Assembly (NCBI RefSeq): GCF_041886205.1
Contig: NZ_CP169029.1
Strand: one strand, 5' to 3'
Source: Escherichia coli
Lineage (GTDB): Bacteria > Pseudomonadota > Gammaproteobacteria > Enterobacterales > Enterobacteriaceae
Length of the DNA stretch: 64,000 nucleotides
Both the position numbers and the translations under genes were made by a program. Position 1 is the first letter of the stretch. The number at the start of each line of letters is the position of its first letter. Below are positions 1 through 18,405 of this stretch, piece after piece. The notes below the pieces were generated by a model. The model was not told where the DNA came from. It saw only the letters and a list, made by a program, of their open reading frames with translations, and searched no databases.

Positions 1-215
1 ATCAGGCGTTCTACGGGGGCAGATTCGGCGAAACCTGGAATAATGTGTTCCAGACTGTGGGCATAGAGACGCCCGCCGGTGACGTTCTTGGCACCAGCAG
101 AATTGCCACGCTCGATAACTAACACTTGCGCACCTTCGCGGGCGAGCACCAGTGCGGCAACCGAACCGGCAAGCCCTGCACCGACGATGATGGCGTCAAA
201 GATATCTTCGGACAT
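1..215 (-). CDS. fixC: FixC, electron-transfer flavoprotein-quinone oxidoreductase; N-terminal part only, gene continues past the window start
   Basis: Reverse complement of 166-215 reads ATGTCCGAAGATATCTTTGACGCCATCATCGTCGGTGCAGGG (MSEDIFDAIIVGAG, FAD-binding GxGxxG N-terminus); sits downstream of fixB as in the fixABC operon. Confidence 0.85.
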   Translation of the reverse strand, partial: MSEDIFDAIIVGAGLAGSVAALVLAREGAQVLVIERGNSAGAKNVTGGRLYAHSLEHIIPGFAESAPVERL

Positions 216-265
216 AAGAGCTCCCTGTCAGCGGCAGGACCAAAATGCAGCCCTGCCAGAGTGGA

Positions 266-1207
266 TCAACGCGCTAAAGCTGCGGTCAGCGCCGGAAGGA
301 TCTTCACGGCGTCGCCAACAATGCCGTAATCCGCGTACTGGAAGATCGGCGCATTTTTATCTTTATTGATGGCGAAAATGGTTTGCGACGCGTTAGCGCC
401 AACCATGTGCTGGATCTGCCCGGAGATCCCCACAGCCAGGTACAGTTCAGGTTTCAGCATCAGGTTGGAGATACCGACATAGCGTTCGTGCTCCATCCAT
501 TTTTCGTTTTCTGCCACCGGACGAGAACAGGCCAACTCCGCACCTATCGCCTTGCAAAGCTGTTCTGCCAGCGCAATGTTCTCTTTGCTGCCAATACCGC
601 GACCGACGCTGACCACCAGACGGGCTTTGTCGAGATCGACGCTGTTGCTCTGGCGCGCCTGGGTTGCCGTGCGGGTAATCGCCACAGCCGGAGCCTGCCA
701 CTCCACGGTGTGCGTTTCGCCAGTGCGTGACGCGTCTGGCTGAGCCGCATCGAACGTGCCGCTGCTGATGGTCAGTACCGCATACGGCGTGGCAATGCGT
801 TCTTCGCCAATCGCCAGACCACCGTAAACCATGTGTTTCACTGTCGCTTTACCGTCCTGTACGCTGACGGTGCTGGCATCGTTAGACACCGCCGCTTTAA
901 GGCGATAACCCAGTTTTGCCGCCAGTAATTTGCCGCGACGGGTGTTTGGCAGCAGCACCAGGCCGTCTGCGCCGTGCTGGCGAATAGTGTCAGCCATGAC
1001 ACCGGCGTAATCTTCGATCATCCGATCGTCCGGTTTGCCGTTTAATTTCCAGACATGATTAGCGCCGAGCTGGATTGCCTGTGCGCCGTCGGCATCATTG
1101 AGGACAAAGGTGTTGATTTGATTAGCTAAAGCCTGCGCACCGTTCATCAGTTCCGGCAGACGAGAAGGGGTATCGCTGAATACCCAGACTTGAGAAAACG
1201 TGTTCAT
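266..1207 (-). CDS. fixB: FixB, electron transfer flavoprotein alpha subunit (carnitine metabolism)
   Basis: 313-aa ORF; length and sequence match remembered E. coli FixB; position between fixC and fixA. Confidence 0.92.
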
Positions 1208-1221
1208 AGCATCCCCTGTAA

Positions 1222-1992
1222 TTAAATGACTTTGCGAAGATTTTCAGCAAATGCGGCGATCTGTTCTTCGCCGTCGCCTTCAATCACGATGCGCTGACGT
1301 TCGCGCTGTTTCGGCGCGGCAACCTGTTGTTCTGACCAGGCTGCCTCTGCGTTAAAACCAATATCCGCCGCCGACCATACCTGGACGGGCTTTTTCGCCG
1401 CGCCGAGAATGGCTTTCATCGAAGGAATTTGTGGGGAATTGATATCAGTGGAAACAGCAACAACCGCAGGCAGCGGAATGCTTAAGGTTTCGGTTTCATC
1501 TTCCAGTTCGCGCTCAACGGTGAGGGTATCTGCCGTCAGGGAGATAATTTTGCTGACGCCGTTAACTGCCGGAATATTGAGGATTTCGCCCACCAGCAGA
1601 CCAACCTGCTGGGCATAAAGGTCGGAAGAACCATCGCCACAGAGGATCAAATCAAAGCCTGCTTTCTGGGCGGCTGCAGCCAGTGCGCTCGCCGTTTGTT
1701 GCGGCAGTGCCTGCTCGAACTGGTCATCAATCACCACAATCAGTTCATCCGGGCCGCGCGATAGCACATCTTTACGCCCTTTGGCGTTGGTCAGGGCTTT
1801 ACCGCCCACACTTAAGGCCGTCACCTGCGCCTCTGCTGCCTGTTGCTTTAGCTGGCAAGCCGCTTCAATAGCGTTCAGATCGTATTGGCTTATTTTGGCA
1901 TCGGCTTTGCTGAAGTCTAATGAACCATCAGCATTATTGACCGCAATATCCTGTTCATCAGGCACGCACTTATAGCAAGTAATAATCTTCAT
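1222..1992 (-). CDS. fixA: FixA, electron transfer flavoprotein beta subunit
   Basis: Track ORF 1222-2055 carries an N-terminal extension; the real start is taken at [14 protein letters not shown] (ATG at 1990-1992), giving 256 aa. Confidence 0.9.
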
Positions 1993-2055
1993 TGCATCTC
2001 CAGAAATCATGAAGGAAACGTCGTTCATATCGGTGGTGTTAATTACAGATATCAC

Positions 2056-3975
<1,920 letters not shown>

Positions 3976-4005
3976 TTAACCCCCAAAATATCAAGAGGTT
4001 GAAAG

Positions 4006-5148
4006 ATGGATTTTAATTTAAATGATGAGCAGGAACTGTTTGTCGCCGGTATCCGCGAACTGATGGCCAGCGAAAACTGGGAGGCCTATTTTGCCGAGTG
4101 CGACCGTGACAGCGTCTACCCGGAACGTTTTGTCAAAGCACTGGCGGATATGGGTATCGACAGTCTGCTGATCCCTGAAGAGCACGGTGGTCTGGACGCG
4201 GGGTTTGTTACTCTCGCCGCCGTGTGGATGGAGCTGGGACGTCTGGGGGCACCAACCTATGTGCTGTACCAGTTGCCGGGCGGGTTCAACACCTTCCTGC
4301 GCGAAGGCACACAAGAGCAGATCGACAAAATTATGGCTTTCCGCGGCACCGGTAAGCAGATGTGGAACTCAGCGATTACCGAACCGGGCGCGGGCTCCGA
4401 CGTGGGTAGCCTGAAAACGACTTATACCCGTAGAAATGGTAAGATTTATCTTAATGGTAGTAAGTGTTTTATTACCAGCAGCGCCTACACCCCGTACATC
4501 GTGGTGATGGCGCGCGACGGGGCTTCTCCGGACAAACCTGTCTACACCGAATGGTTTGTTGATATGAGCAAACCGGGCATCAAAGTGACCAAACTTGAAA
4601 AGCTCGGTCTGCGTATGGATAGCTGCTGTGAAATCACCTTTGACGACGTGGAACTGGACGAGAAAGACATGTTCGGTCGGGAAGGTAACGGCTTTAACCG
4701 CGTCAAAGAAGAGTTCGACCATGAACGTTTCCTGGTAGCCCTCACCAACTACGGTACGGCGATGTGCGCCTTTGAAGATGCGGCGCGCTACGCCAATCAG
4801 CGCGTGCAGTTTGGCGAGGCTATTGGTCGTTTCCAGTTGATTCAGGAAAAATTCGCCCACATGGCGATCAAATTAAACTCCATGAAAAACATGCTGTATG
4901 AAGCAGCGTGGAAAGCAGACAACGGCACCATCACCTCTGGCGATGCAGCGATGTGCAAATACTTCTGCGCCAATGCGGCATTTGAAGTTGTGGATAGCGC
5001 AATGCAGGTGCTGGGCGGTGTCGGGATTGCGGGCAACCACCGCATCAGCCGCTTCTGGCGTGATCTGCGTGTAGACCGCGTCTCCGGGGGATCTGACGAA
5101 ATGCAGATCCTGACGCTGGGTCGTGCGGTGCTGAAGCAATACCGCTAA
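4006..5148 (+). CDS. caiA: Crotonobetainyl-CoA reductase CaiA (acyl-CoA dehydrogenase family)
   Basis: 380-aa ORF with acyl-CoA dehydrogenase features; operon position. Confidence 0.95.
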
Positions 5149-5159
5149 GTCCGTGCGCT

Positions 5160-5250
5160 GCCTGATGCGACGCTGATGCGTCTTATCAGGCCTACGGGAG
5201 CACGAATGTAGGCCGGATAAAGCGTTTACGCCGCATCCGGCAGTCATGCG
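5160..5250. repeat. REP/BIME repetitive extragenic palindromic element
   Basis: GCCTGATGCGACGCTG...GCGTCTTATCAGGCCTAC...GTAGGCCGGATAAG...CGCCGCATCCGGCA palindromic units in the caiA-caiB spacer. Confidence 0.7.
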
Positions 5251-5258
5251 CTACATAA

Positions 5259-6494
<1,236 letters not shown>

Positions 6495-6567
6495 ACGCGT
6501 GGCGTCAGTCGGCTTGCCTGACTAGCGCCCGCCCAATAACAAACGAACAAAAATGGATAGAGATGCA

Positions 6568-8121
6568 ATGGATATCATTGGCGGACAACATCTACGTCAA
6601 ATGTGGGACGATCTTGCGGACGTTTACGGTCATAAAACGGCGCTGATTTGTGAATCCAGCGGCGGAGTCGTTAACCGGTATAGTTATCTTGAGTTAAATC
6701 AGGAGATTAACCGCACGGCAAACCTGTTTTATACGCTGGGGATTCGCAAAGGCGACAAGGTTGCACTACATCTCGACAACTGCCCGGAATTTATCTTTTG
6801 CTGGTTCGGGCTGGCAAAAATTGGCGCGATTATGGTGCCGATTAACGCCCGCCTGTTGTGCGAGGAAAGCGCGTGGATCCTGCAAAATAGCCAGGCGTGC
6901 CTGCTGGTGACCAGTGCGCAATTCTATCCTATGTATCAACAGATTCAGCAGGAAGATGCCACTCAATTGCGGCACATTTGCCTGACAGATGTGGCACTTC
7001 CCGCTGATGATGGCGTGAGTTCGTTTACTCAACTGAAAAATCAACAACCTGCCACCTTGTGCTATGCACCGCCGCTATCGACTGACGATACGGCGGAAAT
7101 TCTCTTCACCTCCGGCACCACCTCCCGACCGAAAGGTGTGGTGATTACCCATTACAACCTGCGCTTCGCTGGATATTACTCCGCCTGGCAGTGTGCACTG
7201 CGTGACGATGACGTCTACCTGACGGTAATGCCTGCGTTTCATATCGATTGCCAGTGTACTGCGGCGATGGCGGCGTTTTCTGCCGGGGCCACCTTTGTGC
7301 TGGTCGAGAAATACAGCGCCCGCGCCTTCTGGGGACAGGTACAGAAGTACCGCGCCACCGTTACCGAATGTATTCCGATGATGATCCGTACGTTGATGGT
7401 ACAGCCGCCTTCAGCGAACGATCAGCAACACCGCCTGCGGGAAGTGATGTTTTATCTCAACTTGTCGGAGCAGGAAAAAGATGCGTTTTGTGAACGCTTC
7501 GGCGTTCGCTTGCTGACGTCTTATGGGATGACGGAAACCATTGTGGGCATTATCGGCGATCGTCCTGGCGATAAACGACGCTGGCCGTCGATTGGTCGGG
7601 TGGGGTTTTGCTACGAAGCGGAGATCCGCGACGATCACAATCGCCCGCTCCCGGCTGGTGAGATCGGTGAAATCTGCATTAAAGGCATACCTGGGAAAAC
7701 CATCTTCAAAGAGTACTTTCTCAACCCACAAGCCACTGCGAAAGTGCTGGAAGCCGATGGCTGGCTGCATACCGGCGATACCGGATACCGCGACGAAGAG
7801 GGCTTTTTTTATTTCGTCGATCGCCGCTGCAATATGATTAAACGTGGCGGCGAGAATGTCTCCTGCGTGGAGCTGGAAAATATTATCGCCGCGCACCCGA
7901 AAATTCAGGACATCGTGGTTGTGGGTATTAAAGATTCGATTCGCGATGAAGCCATCAAAGCATTTGTGGTGCTGAATGAAGGTGAAACATTGAGCGAAGA
8001 GGAATTTTTCCGCTTCTGCGAACAAAATATGGCGAAATTTAAAGTGCCCTCTTATCTGGAGATCAGAAAAGATCTGCCACGTAATTGCTCGGGGAAAATA
8101 ATTAGAAAGAATCTGAAATAA
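6568..8121 (+). CDS. caiC: Carnitine/crotonobetaine-CoA ligase CaiC (AMP-binding family)
   Basis: AMP-binding motif [10 protein letters not shown] present; start chosen at MDIIGG (517 aa) rather than the ORF-track upstream ATG. Confidence 0.93.
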   Translation: MDIIGGQHLRQMWDDLADVYGHKTALICESSGGVVNRYSYLELNQEINRTANLFYTLGIRKGDKVALHLDNCPEFIFCWFGLAKIGAIMVPINARLLCEESAWILQNSQACLLVTSAQFYPMYQQIQQEDATQLRHICLTDVALPADDGVSSFTQLKNQQPATLCYAPPLSTDDTAEILFTSGTTSRPKGVVITHYNLRFAGYYSAWQCALRDDDVYLTVMPAFHIDCQCTAAMAAFSAGATFVLVEKYSARAFWGQVQKYRATVTECIPMMIRTLMVQPPSANDQQHRLREVMFYLNLSEQEKDAFCERFGVRLLTSYGMTETIVGIIGDRPGDKRRWPSIGRVGFCYEAEIRDDHNRPLPAGEIGEICIKGIPGKTIFKEYFLNPQATAKVLEADGWLHTGDTGYRDEEGFFYFVDRRCNMIKRGGENVSCVELENIIAAHPKIQDIVVVGIKDSIRDEAIKAFVVLNEGETLSEEEFFRFCEQNMAKFKVPSYLEIRKDLPRNCSGKIIRKNLK

Positions 8122-8229
8122 ATGAAACAGCAGGGAACTACCCTGCCAGCTAATAATCACACTCTAAAACAATATGCATTTTTTGCAGGGATGTTGTCGT
8201 CCCTGAAAAAGCAAAAATGGAGAAAAGGA

Positions 8230-9015
8230 ATGAGTGAATCATTACATCTGACCCGCAATGGATCAATTCTGGAAATTACCCTTGATCGTCCAAAAGCGAA
8301 TGCTATTGATGCAAAAACCAGCTTTGAAATGGGCGAAGTATTTCTAAATTTCCGTGACGATCCGCAATTACGTGTCGCCATTATTACCGGTGCCGGAGAG
8401 AAGTTCTTTTCCGCGGGCTGGGATTTAAAAGCGGCAGCAGAAGGCGAAGCACCGGATGCTGACTTTGGTCCGGGTGGTTTTGCGGGATTAACCGAAATTT
8501 TCAATCTCGACAAACCGGTTATCGCAGCTGTGAACGGCTATGCCTTTGGCGGCGGCTTTGAACTGGCGCTGGCGGCAGATTTTATTGTTTGTGCCGATAA
8601 CGCCAGCTTCGCCCTGCCGGAAGCCAAACTGGGCATCGTTCCTGACAGCGGCGGTGTGCCGCGTCTGCCGAAGATCCTGCCGCCTGCCATCGTCAATGAA
8701 ATGGTGATGACCGGCAGACGAATGGGCGCAGAAGAGGCGCTGCGTTGGGGGATAGTCAACCGCGTGGTTAGCCAGGCGGAACTGATGGATAACGCCCGCG
8801 AACTGGCTCAGCAGCTGGTTAACAGCGCCCCGCTGGCGATTGCGGCGCTGAAAGAGATCTACCGCACCACCAGCGAAATGCCGGTAGAAGAAGCGTATCG
8901 CTATATTCGCAGCGGCGTGTTGAAACACTATCCATCGGTTCTGCATTCGGAAGATGCCATTGAAGGGCCGCTGGCGTTTGCCGAGAAGCGCGATCCGGTG
9001 TGGAAAGGACGTTAA
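8230..9015 (+). CDS. caiD: Carnitinyl-CoA dehydratase CaiD (enoyl-CoA hydratase/crotonase family)
   Basis: Crotonase fold; start taken at [11 protein letters not shown] (261 aa); the track ORF from 8122 is an upstream in-frame extension. Confidence 0.92.
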   Translation: MSESLHLTRNGSILEITLDRPKANAIDAKTSFEMGEVFLNFRDDPQLRVAIITGAGEKFFSAGWDLKAAAEGEAPDADFGPGGFAGLTEIFNLDKPVIAAVNGYAFGGGFELALAADFIVCADNASFALPEAKLGIVPDSGGVPRLPKILPPAIVNEMVMTGRRMGAEEALRWGIVNRVVSQAELMDNARELAQQLVNSAPLAIAALKEIYRTTSEMPVEEAYRYIRSGVLKHYPSVLHSEDAIEGPLAFAEKRDPVWKGR

Positions 9016-9020
9016 CAACC

Positions 9021-9611
9021 GTGAGCTATTACGCCTTTGAGGGGTTAATTCCGGTGGTTCACCCGACGGCGTTTGTCCATCCCAGTGCCGTCTTGATTGG
9101 CGATGTGATTGTGGGAGCCGGTGTCTACATCGGCCCACTCGCCTCACTGCGTGGTGACTACGGGCGGTTGATCGTGCAAGCGGGAGCCAATATTCAGGAT
9201 GGCTGCATTATGCATGGCTACTGCGACACTGACACTATCGTTGGGGAAAACGGCCATATCGGGCACGGAGCGATCCTGCATGGTTGTTTGATTGGTCGCG
9301 ATGCATTGGTCGGGATGAACAGCGTGATTATGGATGGCGCGGTCATTGGCGAAGAGAGCATTGTTGCCGCCATGAGCTTTGTCAAAGCGGGCTTTCGCGG
9401 CGAGAAACGCCAGTTGTTGATGGGTACGCCAGCCCGCGCTGTACGCAATGTTAGTGACGACGAGTTACACTGGAAACGGTTGAATACCAAAGAGTATCAG
9501 GATCTTGTCGGGCGCTGTCATGTATCGTTACATGAAACGCAGCCACTGAGGCAAATGGAGGAAAATCGCCCCCGTTTGCAGGGGACGACGGATGTGACGC
9601 CTAAACGGTGA
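9021..9611 (+). CDS. caiE: CaiE, carnitine operon protein (hexapeptide-repeat family)
   Basis: Hexapeptide-repeat protein; likely GTG start at 9021 giving 196 aa beginning (M)SYYAFEGL. Confidence 0.9.
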   Translation: MSYYAFEGLIPVVHPTAFVHPSAVLIGDVIVGAGVYIGPLASLRGDYGRLIVQAGANIQDGCIMHGYCDTDTIVGENGHIGHGAILHGCLIGRDALVGMNSVIMDGAVIGEESIVAAMSFVKAGFRGEKRQLLMGTPARAVRNVSDDELHWKRLNTKEYQDLVGRCHVSLHETQPLRQMEENRPRLQGTTDVTPKR

Positions 9612-9696
9612 TCTTGCCGGATGCGACCTGGTTGCTGGATAAGATGCTACAACATCGCATCTGGCAAGCAGGACGCCCGGTATCAACGAGATAAAA

Positions 9697-10092
9697 TTAA
9701 CGACGCATACTCTTTGACAACATCATCTGCCACTTCTGCTCGCGGTTAAGTTCCGTGAGCGGAACGGCAGGAATACGCGGCGTCTTTCTTACACCGACTA
9801 ATTTTTCCCGACTGTTATTGCGCAGGCGCGCGTAAATTTGCTCATCGATATCGACCACTTTAACCAGTCGCTGACACTGGCATCCCCGCCCTTCCAGCTT
9901 ATTAGGGATCATCTTAACTTCGCAGCTTATTTCTGTGACTTCCGACAGAATATAAGTCAGGGTATTAACCGCCTTGCTGTGTTCAATATCGAAATGAATA
10001 GAGATCTCTCTTGCTATCACCCACCGATTTTCAGCCATCATCCATTCGGCGATTAACAAGTAGAGTGGTTTTTCAACATATCCTTCACACAT
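9697..10092 (-). CDS. caiF: CaiF, transcriptional activator of the cai/fix operons
   Basis: 131-aa protein beginning MCEGYVEKPLYLLIAEW; the track ORF is extended at the N-terminus; divergent from the cai operon. Confidence 0.9.
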   Translation of the reverse strand: MCEGYVEKPLYLLIAEWMMAENRWVIAREISIHFDIEHSKAVNTLTYILSEVTEISCEVKMIPNKLEGRGCQCQRLVKVVDIDEQIYARLRNNSREKLVGVRKTPRIPAVPLTELNREQKWQMMLSKSMRR

Positions 10093-10271
10093 ACGAACTC
10101 CAGTTTCACAAATTAAAAGTCTGGCTATGACTCGTTTTGAAGCAATTAAACAAGGCCATATTAAAATTGTGGATATATCGATAGTATGCAACTTCACCGT
10201 CGATAAGTGTGAGCTAAATCCTGCTTATGTCATCAAAAATATCGATTCCCCAAAAGATTTACTTAATGGGC

Positions 10272-10300
10272 AAAAAAAAACGGTCCTCATCAGAGAACCG
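10272..10300 (-). terminator. Rho-independent terminator downstream of carB
   Basis: Minus-strand hairpin ACGGTTCTCTGATGAGGACCG followed by a T9 run, about 55 bp after the carB stop. Confidence 0.6.
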
Positions 10301-10353
10301 TATTAGTTATTCGATCAAATTAGCGGATGAAAAATATCTGCCATGACACGCTA

Positions 10354-13575
<3,222 letters not shown>

Positions 13576-13592
13576 GGCTCTTTTACTCCTGA

Positions 13593-14741
13593 TTACTTAG
13601 CGGTTTTACGGTACTGCTCAATTAACTCGATAAAGTGGTCGAACAACGGCGCGGCGTCGTGTGGACCAGGGCTGGCTTCAGGGTGACCCTGGAAGCTGAA
13701 CGCCGGTTTATCGGTGCGATGAATGCCCTGTAACGTACCGTCGAACAGGGATTTATGCGTGACACGCAGGTTTGCAGGTAATGTTGCTTCATCCACCGCA
13801 AAACCGTGGTTCTGGGCGGTGATCATCACCACGTTTTTCTCAACATCTTTAACCGGATGGTTGCCGCCGTGGTGACCAAATTTCATTTTGACAGTCTTCG
13901 CACCGCTCGCCAGCGCCAGCAGCTGATGACCGAGACAGATGCCGAATACCGGAATATCGGTTTCGAGGAATTTCTGGATGGCGGTAATGGCGTAATCGCA
14001 CGGGGCCGGGTCGCCAGGACCGTTGGAGAGGAAGATGCCGTCTGGATTCATTTTCAGCACATCTTCCGCAGAAGTTTGCGCCGGAACGATGGTCAGACGA
14101 CAGCCTCTGTCCACCAGCATCCGCAGGATGTTGCGCTTGGCACCAAAGTCATAAGCCACAACATGGAACGGCAGCTCGTCTTCTTTTTTCGCTTCTGGCA
14201 GGCCGCCGGTCAACGTCCAGCTCCCTTGTGTCCAGCTATAGGCTTCTGCGGTGGTCACTTCTTTTGCCAGATCCATGCCATTCAGACCTGGGAACGCGCG
14301 GGCTTTTTCTAACGCCAGCGCCGCATCCGGGTTATCGCCTGCGATAATGCAGCCATTCTGTGCGCCTTTCTCGCGCAGTAAACGCGTCAGCTTACGGGTA
14401 TCGATATCGGCAATCGCCACGATGTTATGGCGTTTCAAGTATGAAGAGAGATCTTCGGTATTACGGAAGTTGCTGGCAATCAGCGGTAGGTCGCGAATCA
14501 CCAGACCTTGTGCATGTACCTGAGAAGATTCTTCATCGGCGTCATTAGTGCCGACATTGCCAATATGGGGGTAAGTAAGAGTAACGATTTGACGAGAATA
14601 GGAAGGATCAGTGAGGATTTCTTGATAACCGGTCATTGAAGTATTGAAAACGACTTCCCCAACCGCCGAACCTGTTGCCCCTATGGCCCGACCGTGAAAC
14701 TGGGTTCCGTCTTCCAGAACCAATAGCGCTGACTTAATCAA
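13593..14741 (-). CDS. carA: Carbamoyl-phosphate synthase small (glutaminase) subunit CarA
   Basis: 382 aa; start assigned to the TTG at 14739-14741 (reverse complement of CAA), consistent with the remembered unusual UUG start; the track ORF begins at an upstream GTG. Confidence 0.93.
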   Translation of the reverse strand: MIKSALLVLEDGTQFHGRAIGATGSAVGEVVFNTSMTGYQEILTDPSYSRQIVTLTYPHIGNVGTNDADEESSQVHAQGLVIRDLPLIASNFRNTEDLSSYLKRHNIVAIADIDTRKLTRLLREKGAQNGCIIAGDNPDAALALEKARAFPGLNGMDLAKEVTTAEAYSWTQGSWTLTGGLPEAKKEDELPFHVVAYDFGAKRNILRMLVDRGCRLTIVPAQTSAEDVLKMNPDGIFLSNGPGDPAPCDYAITAIQKFLETDIPVFGICLGHQLLALASGAKTVKMKFGHHGGNHPVKDVEKNVVMITAQNHGFAVDEATLPANLRVTHKSLFDGTLQGIHRTDKPAFSFQGHPEASPGPHDAAPLFDHFIELIEQYRKTAK

Positions 14742-14768
14742 AACACCCTCCAGAGAATATTCACTCAC

Positions 14769-14900
14769 TTTATTTGCATATTAATTCACAATGATGACGT
14801 AAATCAATGCAAATCTGCTTACCGACGAATTTCTGGCAAACGGCGGCATTCTGGAGATATGGGCGCTAAAAGTCAACTTAATGGCAGGATTTTTTATATT
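14769..14900 (-). promoter_or_regulatory. carAB tandem promoter/operator region with ARG boxes (ArgR operator at P2)
   Basis: Minus-strand reading TTGCATTGATTTACGTCATCATTGTGAATTAATATGCAAATAAAGTGAG just upstream of carA, matching the ARG-box palindrome pattern; AT-rich upstream region. Confidence 0.55.
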
Positions 14901-15110
14901 ATTTTGTGGCTCATGCATGTTTTACAGGCATTAAGCGACAAAAAGATCATATAACCTGTTCTGGAAAACGCTTGCGCAGCAAGAAGATTGCATGAAATAA
15001 AAACGAGCAGGGAAAAGTGGACCAAATGGTCAAAATTTACATTAAAACAACAAAAACAGAAGACAAAACATGTAATTTTTAGCACTTTCATAAAATTTAA
15101 AAGCATAATA

Positions 15111-15145
15111 CCAAAAATAAAAGGGCTAGAAATTAAAGCCCTTTA
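15111..15145 (-). terminator. Rho-independent terminator downstream of dapB
   Basis: Hairpin AAAGGGCTTTAATTTCTAGCCCTTT followed by a T-rich run on the minus strand. Confidence 0.55.
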
Positions 15146-15196
15146 TAATTAATAAATTAAATATGTTATTTTTACATCATCATAAACATGATGTGG

Positions 15197-16033
<837 letters not shown>

Positions 16034-16184
16034 TTAATTTGCATAGACCGTTTTCAGAGTAACCAGCGCATCGCTACGCCGCCAGCCAAAAACGCTGATA
16101 ATTAGAAATTAATGATAAACAGGGAGGGATATCAGTGAAAGGCATGAGTCGATGAATGACTGCATGCCGATAACATGTGACAGG

Positions 16185-17105
16185 TTATGGCACCAGAGCC
16201 AGCACCTCAGCTACCCACTGCTGGAAGCCTTTTACATTCAGATCCAATGCCACCTGTACATTGGCTGGTTTGCCCAGGCAACCGTCGATATCAACCATCG
16301 TCGTGCCTGAGGTAAATTCGCCTTGAGTTTCTACCGCGACAAAACACGGCTTGAGGGTGAATAAGTCCGGGCGCACCAGCCAGGCGATGGCGCAGAGATC
16401 GTGCATTCGCAGACCGCTTTGCATACTGCCGCTACGGTAGTGGCTAAACAGGGCGTGGAGCATTTTTCCGGTGCGATTCAACTCCGGCAAAGTAGCGAGA
16501 TAGTCAGGGGTTAATATTGCCTGATTGGTGACATCCAGACCGCACATGACAATTTCGATTCCGCTACGGAAGACACAGGCAGCCGCTTCTGGATCGGCAG
16601 CGATATTAAACTCGGCGTTTGGCGTACAGTTGCCGCGTCCGGCAGAACCGCCCATGATCACCAGACGGCGAATATGCGGTTTGCATTCCGGGCATTGTGA
16701 AAGTAACAGCGCAATATTGGTTAACGGGCCAATGGCCACCAGGGTAACAGGCTCTGGTGCACGCATCAGGGCATCCCGAATAGCCAGGAATGCTGGTATC
16801 TCCAGTGGCTTTCGGTTGTGCTCAACAAAGTCGTAGCCAGCCATTCCCGATTCGCCGTGCACAGATGCTGCATCACGCGGTGCGCGTACCAGCGGTACGG
16901 CTGCGCCCTGGGCGAGCGGAATCTCCGCATTCCAGAAATGCAGCAGTTGCAGGGCGTTGCGGGTGGTTTTCTCAACCGAGACATTACCCGCGACGGTGGT
17001 CATCAGTTGCAGGTCGAGTTCGGGGGCAAAAATCGCGGCGGCAATGGCGACGGCATCGTCAATGCCGGGGTCAGTATCGAGGAAGATAGGTATAAGTTTT
17101 GTCAT
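16185..17105 (-). CDS. rihC: Non-specific ribonucleoside hydrolase RihC
   Basis: 306-aa ORF with the inosine-uridine nucleoside hydrolase DTDPGIDD motif; N-terminus slightly differs from the K-12 sequence as remembered. Confidence 0.9.
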   Translation of the reverse strand: MTKLIPIFLDTDPGIDDAVAIAAAIFAPELDLQLMTTVAGNVSVEKTTRNALQLLHFWNAEIPLAQGAAVPLVRAPRDAASVHGESGMAGYDFVEHNRKPLEIPAFLAIRDALMRAPEPVTLVAIGPLTNIALLLSQCPECKPHIRRLVIMGGSAGRGNCTPNAEFNIAADPEAAACVFRSGIEIVMCGLDVTNQAILTPDYLATLPELNRTGKMLHALFSHYRSGSMQSGLRMHDLCAIAWLVRPDLFTLKPCFVAVETQGEFTSGTTMVDIDGCLGKPANVQVALDLNVKGFQQWVAEVLALVP

Positions 17106-17124
17106 TACTGTCTCTCCTGGCTTG

Positions 17125-18333
17125 TTAATTGCTCATGGCTTTGAACTCATCGCTGCTGATACAGATATCCGAAATATCTTTATTCGTCACCAGACGCGGG
17201 CTGAGTTTATCGCCTTCAACAAACGGTACTAGCGGGCAAAATTCCCCTGGAGACGCTTTATCTTCCTGCCACTGAATTTCAATGGATTCCGGCTCCATGC
17301 CTGGTTTCTCTGACTGAATGACTGTGCGGATATCCGTGGTTAACTGAAATGGCTCACACCCCTCCACATCAGTAAAAGTCGGCGTCAGATGACCATTCTT
17401 ACGTTCCTGCAGATAAAAAATGCGGCCATCGTGATAGGAAGGAATTACGTAGCAGGTATACATTTTACCTTTACTTAGCACTGGCTGAAGATAACTTGAG
17501 CCGCTGTCGATCAATTCAACCTCTTTACCCTTCCAGCGATAAACGTCTATTCCGTGACTACAGCAACCGCCTCGCCAATGGCTGACGATCTGCTTATATT
17601 CTGCATCCGGCTCCGGCGAGGTGATTTCCTGATAAGACGCAGGCGCATCAACAAAACGTTGTGTTGAGGGATCGTAAAGCCAGGTTTGTTCGGGGATATT
17701 GGGTCCAGCGGGTAACTCTTGCGGAATGGAAAGATCCGGATAACCATCAAAATTAACATCCTCCCATTGAGGCGTAAAAATGCTACAAGTGCCGATAGAA
17801 GCAGTATATAAGGTCTGTATCGGTTTCCCATCACGATATAATTTTATTGCTGAAATGACCGGAACATTATTACAGTCGATCGCTTTGGTAGGGTCGTAAT
17901 CGTCATTCACTTCCGCCACCAGCACCAGATCAATGCCCGGATCGTTTTTGGGTTTGTTATAGTGAAGTGCTATGGGGAAATGGTGTTTTTTATCGGCTGA
18001 AGTCCATACACCTTTTATCTCAATCGGTGAAACTTCAGCATCCCATTGACCAGAAAGTGTCTGTGCGCGCTCCTCAAGAAGCAGCCGCTCAACCTGGAGA
18101 GATCCTCGCAGAATTAATCGCATTTTTCTCTGATTGCAGGGTTCATAGCAATAGCTACCATGAAGGTCGTTGTTAATCCGCGTAATATCGACACTTACCT
18201 GCTTACCCGCAATCGTCCCGGTATAATTTCGATCCCAGAACGAAAATTCAAGCTGCGAAGCGCCATTGGCCGCTCCCAAACAAAATACAAAAGCCAAAAA
18301 TCCCGCCAATCCATAAGCTATCTTGCTCATCAT
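17125..18333 (-). CDS. Hypothetical secreted protein (402 aa, signal peptide, Cys-containing); accessory insertion between ispH and rihC
   Basis: Intact ORF with GGAGG Shine-Dalgarno 7 bp upstream of a tandem ATG ATG start; N-terminal hydrophobic signal sequence [25 protein letters not shown]; no recognised family; as I remember K-12, ispH and rihC are separated by only a short spacer. Confidence 0.7.
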   Translation of the reverse strand: MMSKIAYGLAGFLAFVFCLGAANGASQLEFSFWDRNYTGTIAGKQVSVDITRINNDLHGSYCYEPCNQRKMRLILRGSLQVERLLLEERAQTLSGQWDAEVSPIEIKGVWTSADKKHHFPIALHYNKPKNDPGIDLVLVAEVNDDYDPTKAIDCNNVPVISAIKLYRDGKPIQTLYTASIGTCSIFTPQWEDVNFDGYPDLSIPQELPAGPNIPEQTWLYDPSTQRFVDAPASYQEITSPEPDAEYKQIVSHWRGGCCSHGIDVYRWKGKEVELIDSGSSYLQPVLSKGKMYTCYVIPSYHDGRIFYLQERKNGHLTPTFTDVEGCEPFQLTTDIRTVIQSEKPGMEPESIEIQWQEDKASPGEFCPLVPFVEGDKLSPRLVTNKDISDICISSDEFKAMSN

Positions 18334-18359
18334 CCTTGCCTCCGCAGAAGAGTACAGCT

Positions 18360-18392
18360 AAAAAAAAACCAGCAACGAGTGTGCTGGTTTTT
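18360..18392 (-). terminator. Rho-independent terminator after ispH (potentially bidirectional)
   Basis: A9 - CCAGCAACGAGTGTGCTGG - T5 hairpin between the ispH stop and the start of the 402-aa gene. Confidence 0.6.
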
Positions 18393-18405
18393 GAATGATT
18401 AATCT

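Noticed and set aside
8122-8229. A 36-codon N-terminal extension of caiD in the ORF track, overlapping the caiC stop
   Set aside because: The conserved CaiD sequence begins at [11 protein letters not shown] (8230); the extension is an in-frame read-through of the upstream region
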